This document shows positions 7,123 to 15,451 of a stretch of DNA of 18,130 nucleotides, piece after piece. How positions within the stretch are numbered: the stretch's first letter is position 1; the number at the start of each line of letters is the position of its first letter. The position numbers were made by a program, and so were the translations under genes. The notes under the pieces were generated by a model that saw nothing but the letters and a program-made list of their open reading frames with translations, was not told where the DNA came from and did no database searches. Source of the DNA: Candidatus Hadarchaeota archaeon (GTDB lineage Archaea; CAYQAE01; CAYVLA01); NCBI GenBank assembly GCA_964621445.1, contig CAZUNO010000030.1, positions 9,629 to 27,758 of the forward strand, in the 5' to 3' direction.

Positions 7123-9408
7123 TCAACTCTCACATGTTGTCGAATCTTTGCCCTCTAAGAGGGAGATAAACTGTGCAATTGCTGGGAAAATCATCATAAA
7201 TAGAATGGAGGGTCCGGTCACCTCAGGAATCTCGGTGAACCACAGGGAATTCGAGCCGGCGGCCTTGAGGGTCAGCCACTCCTCCTGGGCCTGGTAGTCC
7301 GCAGGGTAGGCACAGTGATGGAATTCCGGCCACGGGGACGGGGCCGGGAATTGGCCACCCATGGTCAGGCAGTAGACCCGTGTCTGTTGGTGATACCATC
7401 CCCTGAGCTCAACCACCCATTCCGACATCCCGTCATCATCGATGTCGCCCCACCATGACCCAGTGGTGTGCCTATCCAAGGTTCGTACATAGTCATCGAT
7501 GTAGTAGGACTCCAGGCTCCCAGTAGCTCCATCCATTACTATGGGATAGGGAATCGCCAGGAGTATTTCCTGTTCGCCGTCCCCGTCGATATCGGCTATC
7601 AGTTGATTTGAAGACCAGTCAGTGAGCATGGCTCCCTCCGGTATGCTGCCCTGCTCCAACCACCGCTCCAGATTCCTCTCCCATTTAGTGTATGGTTGTC
7701 GTCCCTGGAAGCCGAGGCAATATATGGTGGTGCCCGATACCAAGACCAATTCCGGCACCCCGTCCCGGTCGATGTCCCCCAGGGCCTGTCCAAACCTGAC
7801 CTTGTCCATGTAAGGTGAGGTCCATGATGCCGCCTCCCGTCCCTCGGGATCCAGCACCAGTACCTGGAAGGGGGGTCCACCCGTCCAAGACAGTGCCTCG
7901 TATTCCCGATCACCGTCAATATCAAGAACCATGACCGGGCTCTCAATAAAGCCGTGCTGGTGCCTGTATCTCCATTCCGTCTCTCCGTCCTGGCTGGATA
8001 CGCACCAGATGTAACCCTCGAAACTGGTCCACATTATCTCAATTACCCCATCCCCATCAATGTCGGCAAGGGTCGGGGTTCCCTGCGATCCCCCGGTAAC
8101 CGTCCGGTTCCAAACGGTCTTGCCGGTATGTTCTATTCGGTAAAGGTACCCCGTATCATCAACCAGGAAGAACTCCACTTGGCCGTCACCGTCCACGTCC
8201 ATGGCCTGAGGCGGACCGCTTGCTGGTCTTACCCCTCTGGGGTTGTCCCATATCCAGTACACCGAGCCGTCGGGGTTCAGTACGTGAAGCCTGCCTCCAT
8301 CCCCCGCAAGGCAAATCTCGTGCACCCCGTTACCGTCCAGATCCAACAGGGACGCCTTGGTGGTGGGGTTTCCCAGCAGCCCCTCTTTTTCGATCGGCGG
8401 ATATATCCATTCAAAGGTCCCACGGGCATCTATACACCATATCCTCTTGCTCTGACCCTCACGGGTTCCAAAAATCAGCTCCCGAACATCATCATCGTCC
8501 ACGTCCCATCCGGTGAACCCCGAACGGTGCCCCGAACCGAACACCCCGCCCAGGGCGTCGCTGGTGTTGAAAACCCACTTGACATCCAGGTCTGGCTCTT
8601 CATCAGGGTCAATAATGAAATTGATGGTCGAGGTCTCGAAGTTATCGCCGCTGGAGACCGAGATAACCGCTGTGTGGTAGCCTATGTCCACAGACAAGGG
8701 GATTTTCATCTCCTTTGGACATATGTGGTCGTCCAAAATCATCGAGCCCCTCCCTATCTCCACTCCATCGATTGTCACCGTGAAGTTGTAGTTGACATAT
8801 CTGTCATGGATCTGGAATATGACCCTATTGGCCTCGGTGTACCTGCCCCCCTGGCGGGGCCACACCACATTAAGGGCCGGGATGACCGCCGGACCGCGGG
8901 TCGCCGAGATGGCGATATCCAGTTCGGACCCAATGTAGTTCAGGGTAAGGATCTCCATGGACTCAAACTCCGATTTGCTAAATTCAAAGACCACCCAACA
9001 GGACAGGGTGTCTTTGGGATCGACGGTCACCGGCGATGAGAGCCATTTCGTACGTTCAATGCCTCTCCCGCAAAATAAACGGCCGCCGGGTATCGAGGCA
9101 CATTGATGGACCACAGGTCTGGGCTCCCCGTCATCGGCCCTGGCATTCATGGCCGAAGGGGAGAAGTAGATCATGCGGTTGCTGGGATTCTCAACCAGGA
9201 CCCACACCACCATTCTTCGGGCGCCGTCCACGTCCCCCACCGCCAAAAAGTGAATGGTGAGCTCTCCCCATGAGATGGATTTCTGACCGGGAACAAAGTT
9301 GGTATGGTTTTTATGTTCTGGAACCTCTGCGCAGGATACCTGTCCCGACAGTGAAACCGCGAGCAGTACCCCGAGGCAGAACATAGTAAGCGTCCCCCAA
9401 ATTCTCAT
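7123..9408 (-). CDS. Secreted/surface protein: Ig-like N-terminal domains, FG-GAP/PQQ-like beta-propeller, C-terminal EIPE+TM anchor
   Basis: Signal peptide (MRIWGTLTMFCLGVLLAVSLSGQVSCA; ATG 9408 preferred over 9435). Eight Dx(D/N)xDG-type loops: DVDDDDVRE, DLDGNGVHE, DVDGDGQVE, DIDGDGVIE, DIDGDREYE, DIDRDGVPE, DIDGDGEQE, DIDDDGMSE. Ends WFTEIPEVTGPSILFMMIFPAIAQFISLL. Confidence 0.9.
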   Translation of the reverse strand: MRIWGTLTMFCLGVLLAVSLSGQVSCAEVPEHKNHTNFVPGQKSISWGELTIHFLAVGDVDGARRMVVWVLVENPSNRMIYFSPSAMNARADDGEPRPVVHQCASIPGGRLFCGRGIERTKWLSSPVTVDPKDTLSCWVVFEFSKSEFESMEILTLNYIGSELDIAISATRGPAVIPALNVVWPRQGGRYTEANRVIFQIHDRYVNYNFTVTIDGVEIGRGSMILDDHICPKEMKIPLSVDIGYHTAVISVSSGDNFETSTINFIIDPDEEPDLDVKWVFNTSDALGGVFGSGHRSGFTGWDVDDDDVRELIFGTREGQSKRIWCIDARGTFEWIYPPIEKEGLLGNPTTKASLLDLDGNGVHEICLAGDGGRLHVLNPDGSVYWIWDNPRGVRPASGPPQAMDVDGDGQVEFFLVDDTGYLYRIEHTGKTVWNRTVTGGSQGTPTLADIDGDGVIEIMWTSFEGYIWCVSSQDGETEWRYRHQHGFIESPVMVLDIDGDREYEALSWTGGPPFQVLVLDPEGREAASWTSPYMDKVRFGQALGDIDRDGVPELVLVSGTTIYCLGFQGRQPYTKWERNLERWLEQGSIPEGAMLTDWSSNQLIADIDGDGEQEILLAIPYPIVMDGATGSLESYYIDDYVRTLDRHTTGSWWGDIDDDGMSEWVVELRGWYHQQTRVYCLTMGGQFPAPSPWPEFHHCAYPADYQAQEEWLTLKAAGSNSLWFTEIPEVTGPSILFMMIFPAIAQFISLLEGKDSTTCES

Positions 9409-9576
9409 GAATTCACACTGATCTATCAGATGCAATTGAAATACAAAAAGATTATTCTCAAGTCAGGATATCGCTCTTCCCAGGGGTCGGTTCGTTCGAT
9501 CCTAAATAGAGAGCAATTAATCTCAAAAATTTGAAATTTAATTTGTAAGATATGGATTTTGCCTTTCAGGCAAGCT

Positions 9577-9588
9577 AATTATATATAC
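9577..9588 (+). promoter_or_regulatory. TATA-like element in the divergent intergenic region
   Basis: AATTATATATAC about 40 nt upstream of the likely TTG start at 9628. Confidence 0.4.
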
Positions 9589-9627
9589 AGGTATGGATAT
9601 TTGATCAGAATTGTTTGGGGGCTTTGG

Positions 9628-10847
9628 TTGAGCTGGCGAAGTGGGATTGTTCCCGGTTCGATATTCCTCATGTTGGCCATGAGTCTATCACTTAACGGCA
9701 TTTGGGGTATGGAAACACGTTATGATCCGGATTCCAGGACCATCAGGGTCGTATGGGGGGTTGCCTCCGGCAAAGCCCTTAGGTGTGCCCAGCAGGACCC
9801 CCGGATCCATGTGAGGGTGGTAATCCCGCCCCTGACATATGAGCGTACTATGGCCGATCTGGGGTATTCCAGGCGCATTGCCCGGATATACATGCCCAGG
9901 ACCTATGCCCACCTGGTGGAGAATACTGATCTGTTGATAATTGAGATCGATACCCAGTGCTTCACTCCCAGCAATCATATCTGGTTCAGGGACGCGGTGG
10001 TCAAGAAGGGACTAGGTTTCATAATGGGTGGGGGAGCCATGAGCTTCGGGGCCAACCCTCCCTTCACCAACTGGTGTGAGACGGCACTGGACGAGATACT
10101 CCCCGTCAAATATTTCCACGGCCAGGCCGAGGGAAGACATTCCAAGGAATACATGGTAGAGCTCAGAGTGGTGGCGCCAGAAAACGAGCTGGCAAGCTCC
10201 ATCCCATGGGAATCTGCGCCCCGCTATTATCCCCCCAACATAGTGGAAGCCAGACTGGGTTGTGTGCCCCTCATAGTTTCCGATAACCGGGAGGAGACCC
10301 TTATCTACTTCTACTGGGATGTTGGGCAGGGCAGGTTCCTTGGCGTCCAGAACCTGAACAGCTTCTTCTCCGATTTCCTGAACTGGGATTTCTATTGGGA
10401 TGCAACCCTGAATAGTCTCTATTACGCAGTGGCCTTTCCGATCCCCGGGGATGTTGAGGTAGTTCACCAGATACGCGGATCGTGGGATTTGGTACAGTTC
10501 AGGAGTCGCTGTTGTTTAGTCTGATTGAGTTCGCGGAAAAGTACGGGGCCGACATCTCCAGGCTGGAGGAGGGGATCGAGGATGCCCATGCAATGAGGAA
10601 GGAGTCCGACGATCTCTACCTGGAAGGCGACTATGCCGGTTCCCTGGAAAGCATAAGGGAGGGAATCGCGAAGCTGGAAGGCCTTCAGGTACTGGCCGTC
10701 AAATTCAAGGAACGGGCCCTTTTCTGGGTTTACGTAATCGAGTGGCTGGTGGTGTCCTCGGCTGCAATGGTGTCCGGCTTCGTTCTCTGGTCGCTGATGA
10801 TAAAGAGGTCCATGTACCGAGAGGTTGAGATAACATCGATCCCCTAG
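9628..10847 (+). pseudogene. Frameshifted paralog of the GATase1/DUF1355-like membrane protein at 3968-5185
   Basis: GLGFIMGGGAMSFG....NW.ET.LDEILPV is a DUF1355/GATase1-like signature. ORFs 9559..10524 and 10482..10847 join via one frameshift near 10485-10500. Tail ALFWVYVIEWLV...VLWSLMIKRSMYREVE matches the paralog. Confidence 0.82.
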
Positions 10848-10913
10848 GCCTCCAACAGTTGCCTGGTCTCTGATGATGTATTTTCTAATTAGCTTTCTGG
10901 AGGTGAACAGGTG

Positions 10914-10967
10914 AGCCATCTGGCTGAGGTAGGAGTTTTCCACGCATACGAACAGTATTCTTTTAAT
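10914..10967 (-). pseudogene. arsC: N-terminal remnant of an LMW-PTP-type arsenate reductase
   Basis: IKRILFVCVENSYLSQMA versus the canonical MKRILFVCVENSCRSQMA; CX5R is destroyed and the start reads ATT; GGAGG lies upstream; similarity ends after MA. Confidence 0.85.
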
Positions 10968-11253
10968 GGCCCCTCCCCGAATCTGTTTTTCGTCCGATTG
11001 GCCACTGCTACCAGGCTCAGCATGATGAGTACCTACAAGCACACCCATGGTAGCCAGAGCCGCTCCTGAGCCAAGCACGTAGACGGAGATGACGACCGCG
11101 ACAGTTAGCCCGAAAAAAATTGCTGGCGCCGATCATCGCCACCGGCACGGCGATGCGATGCGGCGAATGCCAGAGGTAGCCCTAGCTATAGGTCAGGCCG
11201 AAGATAAAGTAGGTCTGGATGGTCAACCGCACCGCGGTGAGAGCGATCGCCAA
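10965..11253 (-). pseudogene. acr3: Decayed 3' third of a second acr3 gene
   Basis: LAIALTAVRLTIQTYFIFGLTYS*GYLWHSPHRIAVPVAMIGASNFF / GLTVAVVISVYVLGSGAALATMGVLV / VLIMLSLVAVANRTKNRF aligns to the C-terminus of the intact Acr3; TAG at 11182-11184, frameshift in the A7 run at 11113-11119, second shift near 11030. Confidence 0.9.
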
Positions 11254-11287
11254 TCAAAGAGGAAATTATTCCAGACAAGAGGGAAGG

Positions 11288-11327
11288 AAAACGCAAAACA
11301 ACCGAAGCTGGTATCCTGATGTTCAGG
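11288..11327 (-). terminator. Probable terminator of the TA operon
   Basis: After the PIN-gene stop: CCTGA-ACA-TCAGG hairpin, then CAGC-TTCG-GTTG (C(UUCG)G loop) followed by TTTTGCGTTTT. Confidence 0.45.
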
Positions 11328-11328
11328 T

Positions 11329-11733
11329 TTACTCACCTAGAATTTGAAGTAGCTCTCCCGCGCTCACTATTTCGATCTCCTTGAAATCTTCTAGGTCAAG
11401 TAGGTGATGGTCCCCCGAAACCAAGTAATCGGCCTTTCCCTCCCTTGCGCACTCCAAAAACTTGTTGTCAGAGGGATCATCCCGTATAAAGTCCATTTCT
11501 TCGTTGGGGGATACCAGCTCTGCAAGGAAAAGATAGTAATCGACATGCTCGTTCACCTTCCTCTCTTCGAGTTCAAACTTCTCGTAAGAAAGTACTTTCT
11601 TGAGTTCATCCAAAATTTGCACTGAGGTAATCAACTCTAACTCCCCTTCTTCGATCAACTCGACGATCTTCGACTCGTTGCCCTCCCAGAAGATTGCGGA
11701 CACTAGGACATTCGTGTCGGTCACGACTCTCAT
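11329..11733 (-). CDS. vapC: PIN domain toxin (VapC-like, PIN_3 type)
   Basis: MRVVTDTNVLVSA, E in ILDELKKVL, DDPSDNKFLECA, ADYLVSGDHHLL: the acidic PIN residues are intact. Confidence 0.93.
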   Translation of the reverse strand: MRVVTDTNVLVSAIFWEGNESKIVELIEEGELELITSVQILDELKKVLSYEKFELEERKVNEHVDYYLFLAELVSPNEEMDFIRDDPSDNKFLECAREGKADYLVSGDHHLLDLEDFKEIEIVSAGELLQILGE

Positions 11734-11736
11734 ATG

Positions 11737-11994
11737 TCAACCCTTGCGTACTTCACTGATCGCCCGGTCGACATCCTCCTTTTCAATGCCAAGCTCGCTG
11801 ATCTGTTTCCTGACCGATTCAGATAGCTCCGAGAATATCCCCTCTTCCGGCTCCGATAGCTTCTTCAAAACTATCCTGTCTCCCGTTGTATAGGTCAAAA
11901 GCATGGTTCCTTTCCCCAATCCTAGCTTTTCCCTGATCTCTTTTGGTATGACGACCTGTCCTTTCGATGAGGTCCTAGTAACAGAAAGAGTCAT
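11737..11994 (-). CDS. AbrB/MazE/SpoVT family DNA-binding antitoxin
   Basis: TRTSSKGQVVIPKEIREKLGLGKGT...GDRIVLKKL; 3 nt upstream of the PIN gene. Confidence 0.93.
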   Translation of the reverse strand: MTLSVTRTSSKGQVVIPKEIREKLGLGKGTMLLTYTTGDRIVLKKLSEPEEGIFSELSESVRKQISELGIEKEDVDRAISEVRKG

Positions 11995-12007
11995 TCAATA
12001 TCATCAT

Positions 12008-12035
12008 GTAAGATTAATCTTACTTGCTAATAAAA
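12008..12035 (-). promoter_or_regulatory. TA operon promoter: TATA box plus perfect 16-bp palindromic operator
   Basis: GTAAGATTAATCTTAC (12008-12023) is its own reverse complement; TTTTATTA on the minus strand at 12028-12035 is just upstream. Confidence 0.8.
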
Positions 12036-12149
12036 GTTTGAGGGAAAAGAGAAAACATTTCACGATTCAGGTCCAGGCATTTCTCCATATGGCTTAATAG
12101 AAAGGGTGCGAGTAATGAGGCCGGAATCATCCCGGACCGTGAAATTGGA

Positions 12150-12519
12150 TCGCTCGGGGATGCAGCGTGAACTTCATCCATTATGGCCGGTATCCCTCCC
12201 AAAGCCGTTTTCTGCCCCCGCTCGAGGACCATGCCCCTCCGAACTGGAGGACATGTTCGGTTTTGATCCGGATGTCGTATATTTTGGACATATCCACCGT
12301 GAATTGGATTTTGATGACAGTTCCAGATACGTGAGTCCCGGCTCTCTGGGGTGCTACTCCAAGCCCGTGGCTAGATTTCACCTGCTGGAGATAGACGGGG
12401 ATGGCTACATAATCTCGAAGCACCGTGTTGAGTACGACGATTCCTCCGTGTTCCAGGATCTCGAGGCCCGTGATGTTCCTGACCGGGAGAATATAGTGCG
12501 GACCTTCTTTCCCAGGTGA
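12150..12519 (+). pseudogene. 5'-truncated metallophosphoesterase (YfcE/MJ0936-like) C-terminal half
   Basis: DVVYFGHIH, SPGSLGC, HRVEYD; upstream VNFIHYG sits in another frame (shift near 12230). The N-terminal DxH, GD and GNH motifs are absent. Confidence 0.8.
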
Positions 12520-13103
12520 TGAGGATTTATATATGGGAGGACGGGTCTTTTATTTGTATGCAGTCAAGGGGATCTGGTGCCGATGATTACCGGGTTCGGG
12601 ATGCCGAGGCCGCCGATGAGAAGGCTCTAAGAAGGATGGCAATTGAGCTTCAGAAGCATGTGGAGGGCTGTAACCCCGATATCTGGCGAGCATCCCAGGA
12701 AGGACTTGACTATTTGGGGAATACTCTGATCGAGGCTTTATCCAACCGGGATTGTCGGGTCCTGGTGGCTGCAGACCCGGCAGGCAAGGTAATGGGCTTC
12801 GCAAAGGCCAGCGTCAGGGTCCTGGACAGGTACGGTGGGATAACCGTGGGGAGGATAGACAGGGCCTATGTTCTGGACGGCCATCGAGGAGGGGGAATTG
12901 GGTCGGCTTTGGTTGAGTGTCTCTGTGATTTTTTCGGTAGCCGCGGGGCGGATGACATATCGGTCAGGTATGTTGTGGGGAACCCCGAAGCTGAGGATTT
13001 CTGGGACGGTCTGGGGTTTTCGCCCAGAATCGAGATCGGTGGCATAGATCGTGATACTCTTCTTGACCGGCTCAGGGAAAGAGGGTCAGAAGTGTCATCC
13101 TAG
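12516..13103 (+). CDS. GNAT family N-acetyltransferase
   Basis: Acetyl-CoA motif A YVLDGHRGGGIGSALV and N..AEDFW..LGF; start uncertain (12516, 12519 or 12558). Confidence 0.88.
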   Translation: MMRIYIWEDGSFICMQSRGSGADDYRVRDAEAADEKALRRMAIELQKHVEGCNPDIWRASQEGLDYLGNTLIEALSNRDCRVLVAADPAGKVMGFAKASVRVLDRYGGITVGRIDRAYVLDGHRGGGIGSALVECLCDFFGSRGADDISVRYVVGNPEAEDFWDGLGFSPRIEIGGIDRDTLLDRLRERGSEVSS

Positions 13104-13207
13104 CTTAAGATTTCAAGTTTATTGGAGACCTGGACCGAAAATTCATTTCAATAAGGTTTAGAGCCATCGATTACCCACATTTATTAGCCGAAAGACCCAT
13201 TCGGAAA

Positions 13208-13891
13208 ATGAGTTTTGTAATAATCGGAAGCAGGTGGGTTGCTGGAAAGTTGCTGGGGGTGCTTGCTCTGCATCTGTTTGTACTACCGTTCTTCTCCAAA
13301 GAAGGCCGATTTACGGCCCGTTTACACGAGATTGCGTCAGGCTTACTAAGCAGTACCCGAAGGGCGGTTAGGAGATTTCAGGGCTCAAATCGCGGCGCCC
13401 TGGTTCTGATGGTGCTTCTCGTGCTGGGACTGATGTGGCTTCCATACTCCATTGCCAATGGTCTTTATGGGGGTGAGGAGCTTCACCTGGAGAAAACACT
13501 GGACTGGTGGACGGTCGTCATAGCCCCAGCTTTGATAGGATTCCTTGGTGTGCTTAGAGCTCGGAGCCTACCCATGTCTGCCGGGGCCGTGGCAGTGACC
13601 ATTATTCTCGTATTTCTAGTCATCTGGCCTCTAACCCAGGCTCTGGATACTCATCTCTACCAGGATGTGTTGAGGAAGGAGTTTCGAGCCTATAAGGAAT
13701 ACATGATGGAGAACTACCCGGAGACATTTCCCGATATGGATATTCCCGGCATCGTTAACGCTCGTTCACCCTTTCAAGGGGGGATTATCTTTCCATCCCT
13801 CTTTTGGTTGGGCCCCCTTGTCCTGGGCGCATTGGCGGGAGCTGCCTTAAGAGTGGTCACCATGCTGGGGGAGGAATCCACCCAGGATTAG
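13208..13891 (+). CDS. Hypothetical polytopic membrane protein
   Basis: 227 aa with about five hydrophobic segments; no recognised motif. Confidence 0.65.
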   Translation: MSFVIIGSRWVAGKLLGVLALHLFVLPFFSKEGRFTARLHEIASGLLSSTRRAVRRFQGSNRGALVLMVLLVLGLMWLPYSIANGLYGGEELHLEKTLDWWTVVIAPALIGFLGVLRARSLPMSAGAVAVTIILVFLVIWPLTQALDTHLYQDVLRKEFRAYKEYMMENYPETFPDMDIPGIVNARSPFQGGIIFPSLFWLGPLVLGALAGAALRVVTMLGEESTQD

Positions 13892-13975
13892 TTCGTTTCC
13901 TAGACACGGGCCACGAAACACTTTACAGATCCACCCCATCCAGGCCACTTCCAGGTACTTGGGAGTGACTCGAGC

Positions 13976-15451
13976 ATGAGGGATGATGATACGCGTAGCC
14001 CCGTCGAGCTAGGCTCCGGGCGGGAGCTTTTCGTCGATGACTTTTTGATTCAAGAGCTCACGGGAGGCGCGCAGCTGAGACTACACCATCCCGTTCCCCA
14101 GGATATAGCCATAGTGCACGACGAGCCCTGGGAGGGTAGCTGCTGCGGGTACCACACCGTTTTCCGTGACGGGGATATGTACCGCATGTATTACAGGGGG
14201 CTGGACCTGGACTCGAAAAAACAGCGACAGCCCGACCTGCACGAGCCATACTATTGCTACGCTGACAGCGAGGACGGGGTCAACTGGAGAAAACCGGACT
14301 TGGGGATAGTTGAATTCGAGGGGTCAGGAAGTAACAACATCATCCTAAAGGGTCTGGGCACCCACAATTTCGCCCCCTTCAAAGACCGGAACCCGGATAG
14401 CCCCGAGGAATCGCGCTACAAGGCCCTGGGGGGAACCAAGAAAGAGGGCGGTTTATACGCCTTCAGGTCACCGGACGGGATTCACTGGTCGTTGATGGCC
14501 GATGAACCGGTCATAACCAAGGGGGCATTCGACTCACAGAATCTCGCCTTCTGGGACCAGACGATTGGCAAATACAGGGCCTATTGGCGGTTCTTTGCCA
14601 AACCACGAGACGAGGAAAAGGATGCCCCGTCCTCCGGCTATCGGGCAATACGCACGGCGACCTCAAGGGATTTCCTGAACTGGACCGGGTATTCCGATCT
14701 CAAATATGAGGACTCGCCGCAGGAACACCTGTACACCAACCAGATCAAGCCCTATTACCGCGCTCCCCACATACTGATAGGCTTTCCCACCCGTTACGTG
14801 GACCGGGGCTGGTCGGATTCAACGCGTGCCCTGCCAGAGCTAGAGAAGCGGGAGTTGAGGGCCTCGGCCAATAGACGGTACGGCACCGCGGTTACCGAGG
14901 GTCTTCTGATGGCCAGCCGGGACGGGGTAAGGTTCAAGAGGTGGAACGAGGCCTTTCTGCGTCCCGGAATCCAGAGGCCGGGAACATGGTATTACGGACA
15001 CCAGTACATCGCCTGGCACGTGGTGGAGACACGGTCTCCAATCAAGGGCGCTCCAAAAGAAATGTCCCTTTACGCCAATGAGGGACGGCCCACCGGGGGG
15101 AGCACCGGCGTGCGTCGATACACGCTGCGGAGCGACGGGTTCGTCTCCCTTTGGGCCCCATTTACGGGGGGCGAAATGGTGACCAAGGCCCTCACCTTCA
15201 TCGGGAGCGAGCTGATTCTGAACTTCTCGACCAGCGCTGCGGGCAGCATCCGGGTCGAGCTGCAGCAACCTGATGGAGAGCCCTTCAAGGGTTTCTCCCT
15301 CCAAGAGTGCGGGGATATTTTCGGTGACGATCTAGAGCGGAGCGTAACCTGGAATTCCAAGAAGGACCTGGGAGATCTGGCCGGAAAATCCGTGCGCCTC
15401 CGATTCGCTCTCCGGGATGCCGATCTCTACTCGTTTCAGTTTGTGGTGTAA
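13976..15451 (+). CDS. Glycoside hydrolase-like five-bladed beta-propeller protein (GH32/GH43-like fold) with C-terminal beta-sandwich
   Basis: RELFVDDFLI, PWEG...GY.TV..DGD.YRMYY, Asp-box-like repeats (S.DGVNW, SPDGIHW, S.DF.NW, SRDGVRF), FDSQNLAFWD, YTLR.DGFVS, ADLYSFQF; no signal peptide. Confidence 0.8.
   Translation: MRDDDTRSPVELGSGRELFVDDFLIQELTGGAQLRLHHPVPQDIAIVHDEPWEGSCCGYHTVFRDGDMYRMYYRGLDLDSKKQRQPDLHEPYYCYADSEDGVNWRKPDLGIVEFEGSGSNNIILKGLGTHNFAPFKDRNPDSPEESRYKALGGTKKEGGLYAFRSPDGIHWSLMADEPVITKGAFDSQNLAFWDQTIGKYRAYWRFFAKPRDEEKDAPSSGYRAIRTATSRDFLNWTGYSDLKYEDSPQEHLYTNQIKPYYRAPHILIGFPTRYVDRGWSDSTRALPELEKRELRASANRRYGTAVTEGLLMASRDGVRFKRWNEAFLRPGIQRPGTWYYGHQYIAWHVVETRSPIKGAPKEMSLYANEGRPTGGSTGVRRYTLRSDGFVSLWAPFTGGEMVTKALTFIGSELILNFSTSAAGSIRVELQQPDGEPFKGFSLQECGDIFGDDLERSVTWNSKKDLGDLAGKSVRLRFALRDADLYSFQFVV

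Noticed and set aside
7954-9039. 361-aa + strand ORF, and other long antisense or alternate-frame ORFs (773..1177, 4559..4975, 5444..6043, 14840..15304, 16730..17236)
   Set aside because: Shadows of well-supported genes; no recognisable motifs.
10871-10927. Possible C/D box sRNA (TGATGA...CTGA, 57 nt)
   Set aside because: No properly spaced D'/C' boxes, and the 3' part is explained by the arsC remnant on the other strand.
10464-11078. 204-aa minus-strand ORF as a real gene
   Set aside because: A chimera of acr3 remnant, arsC remnant and antisense of the GATase-like paralog.
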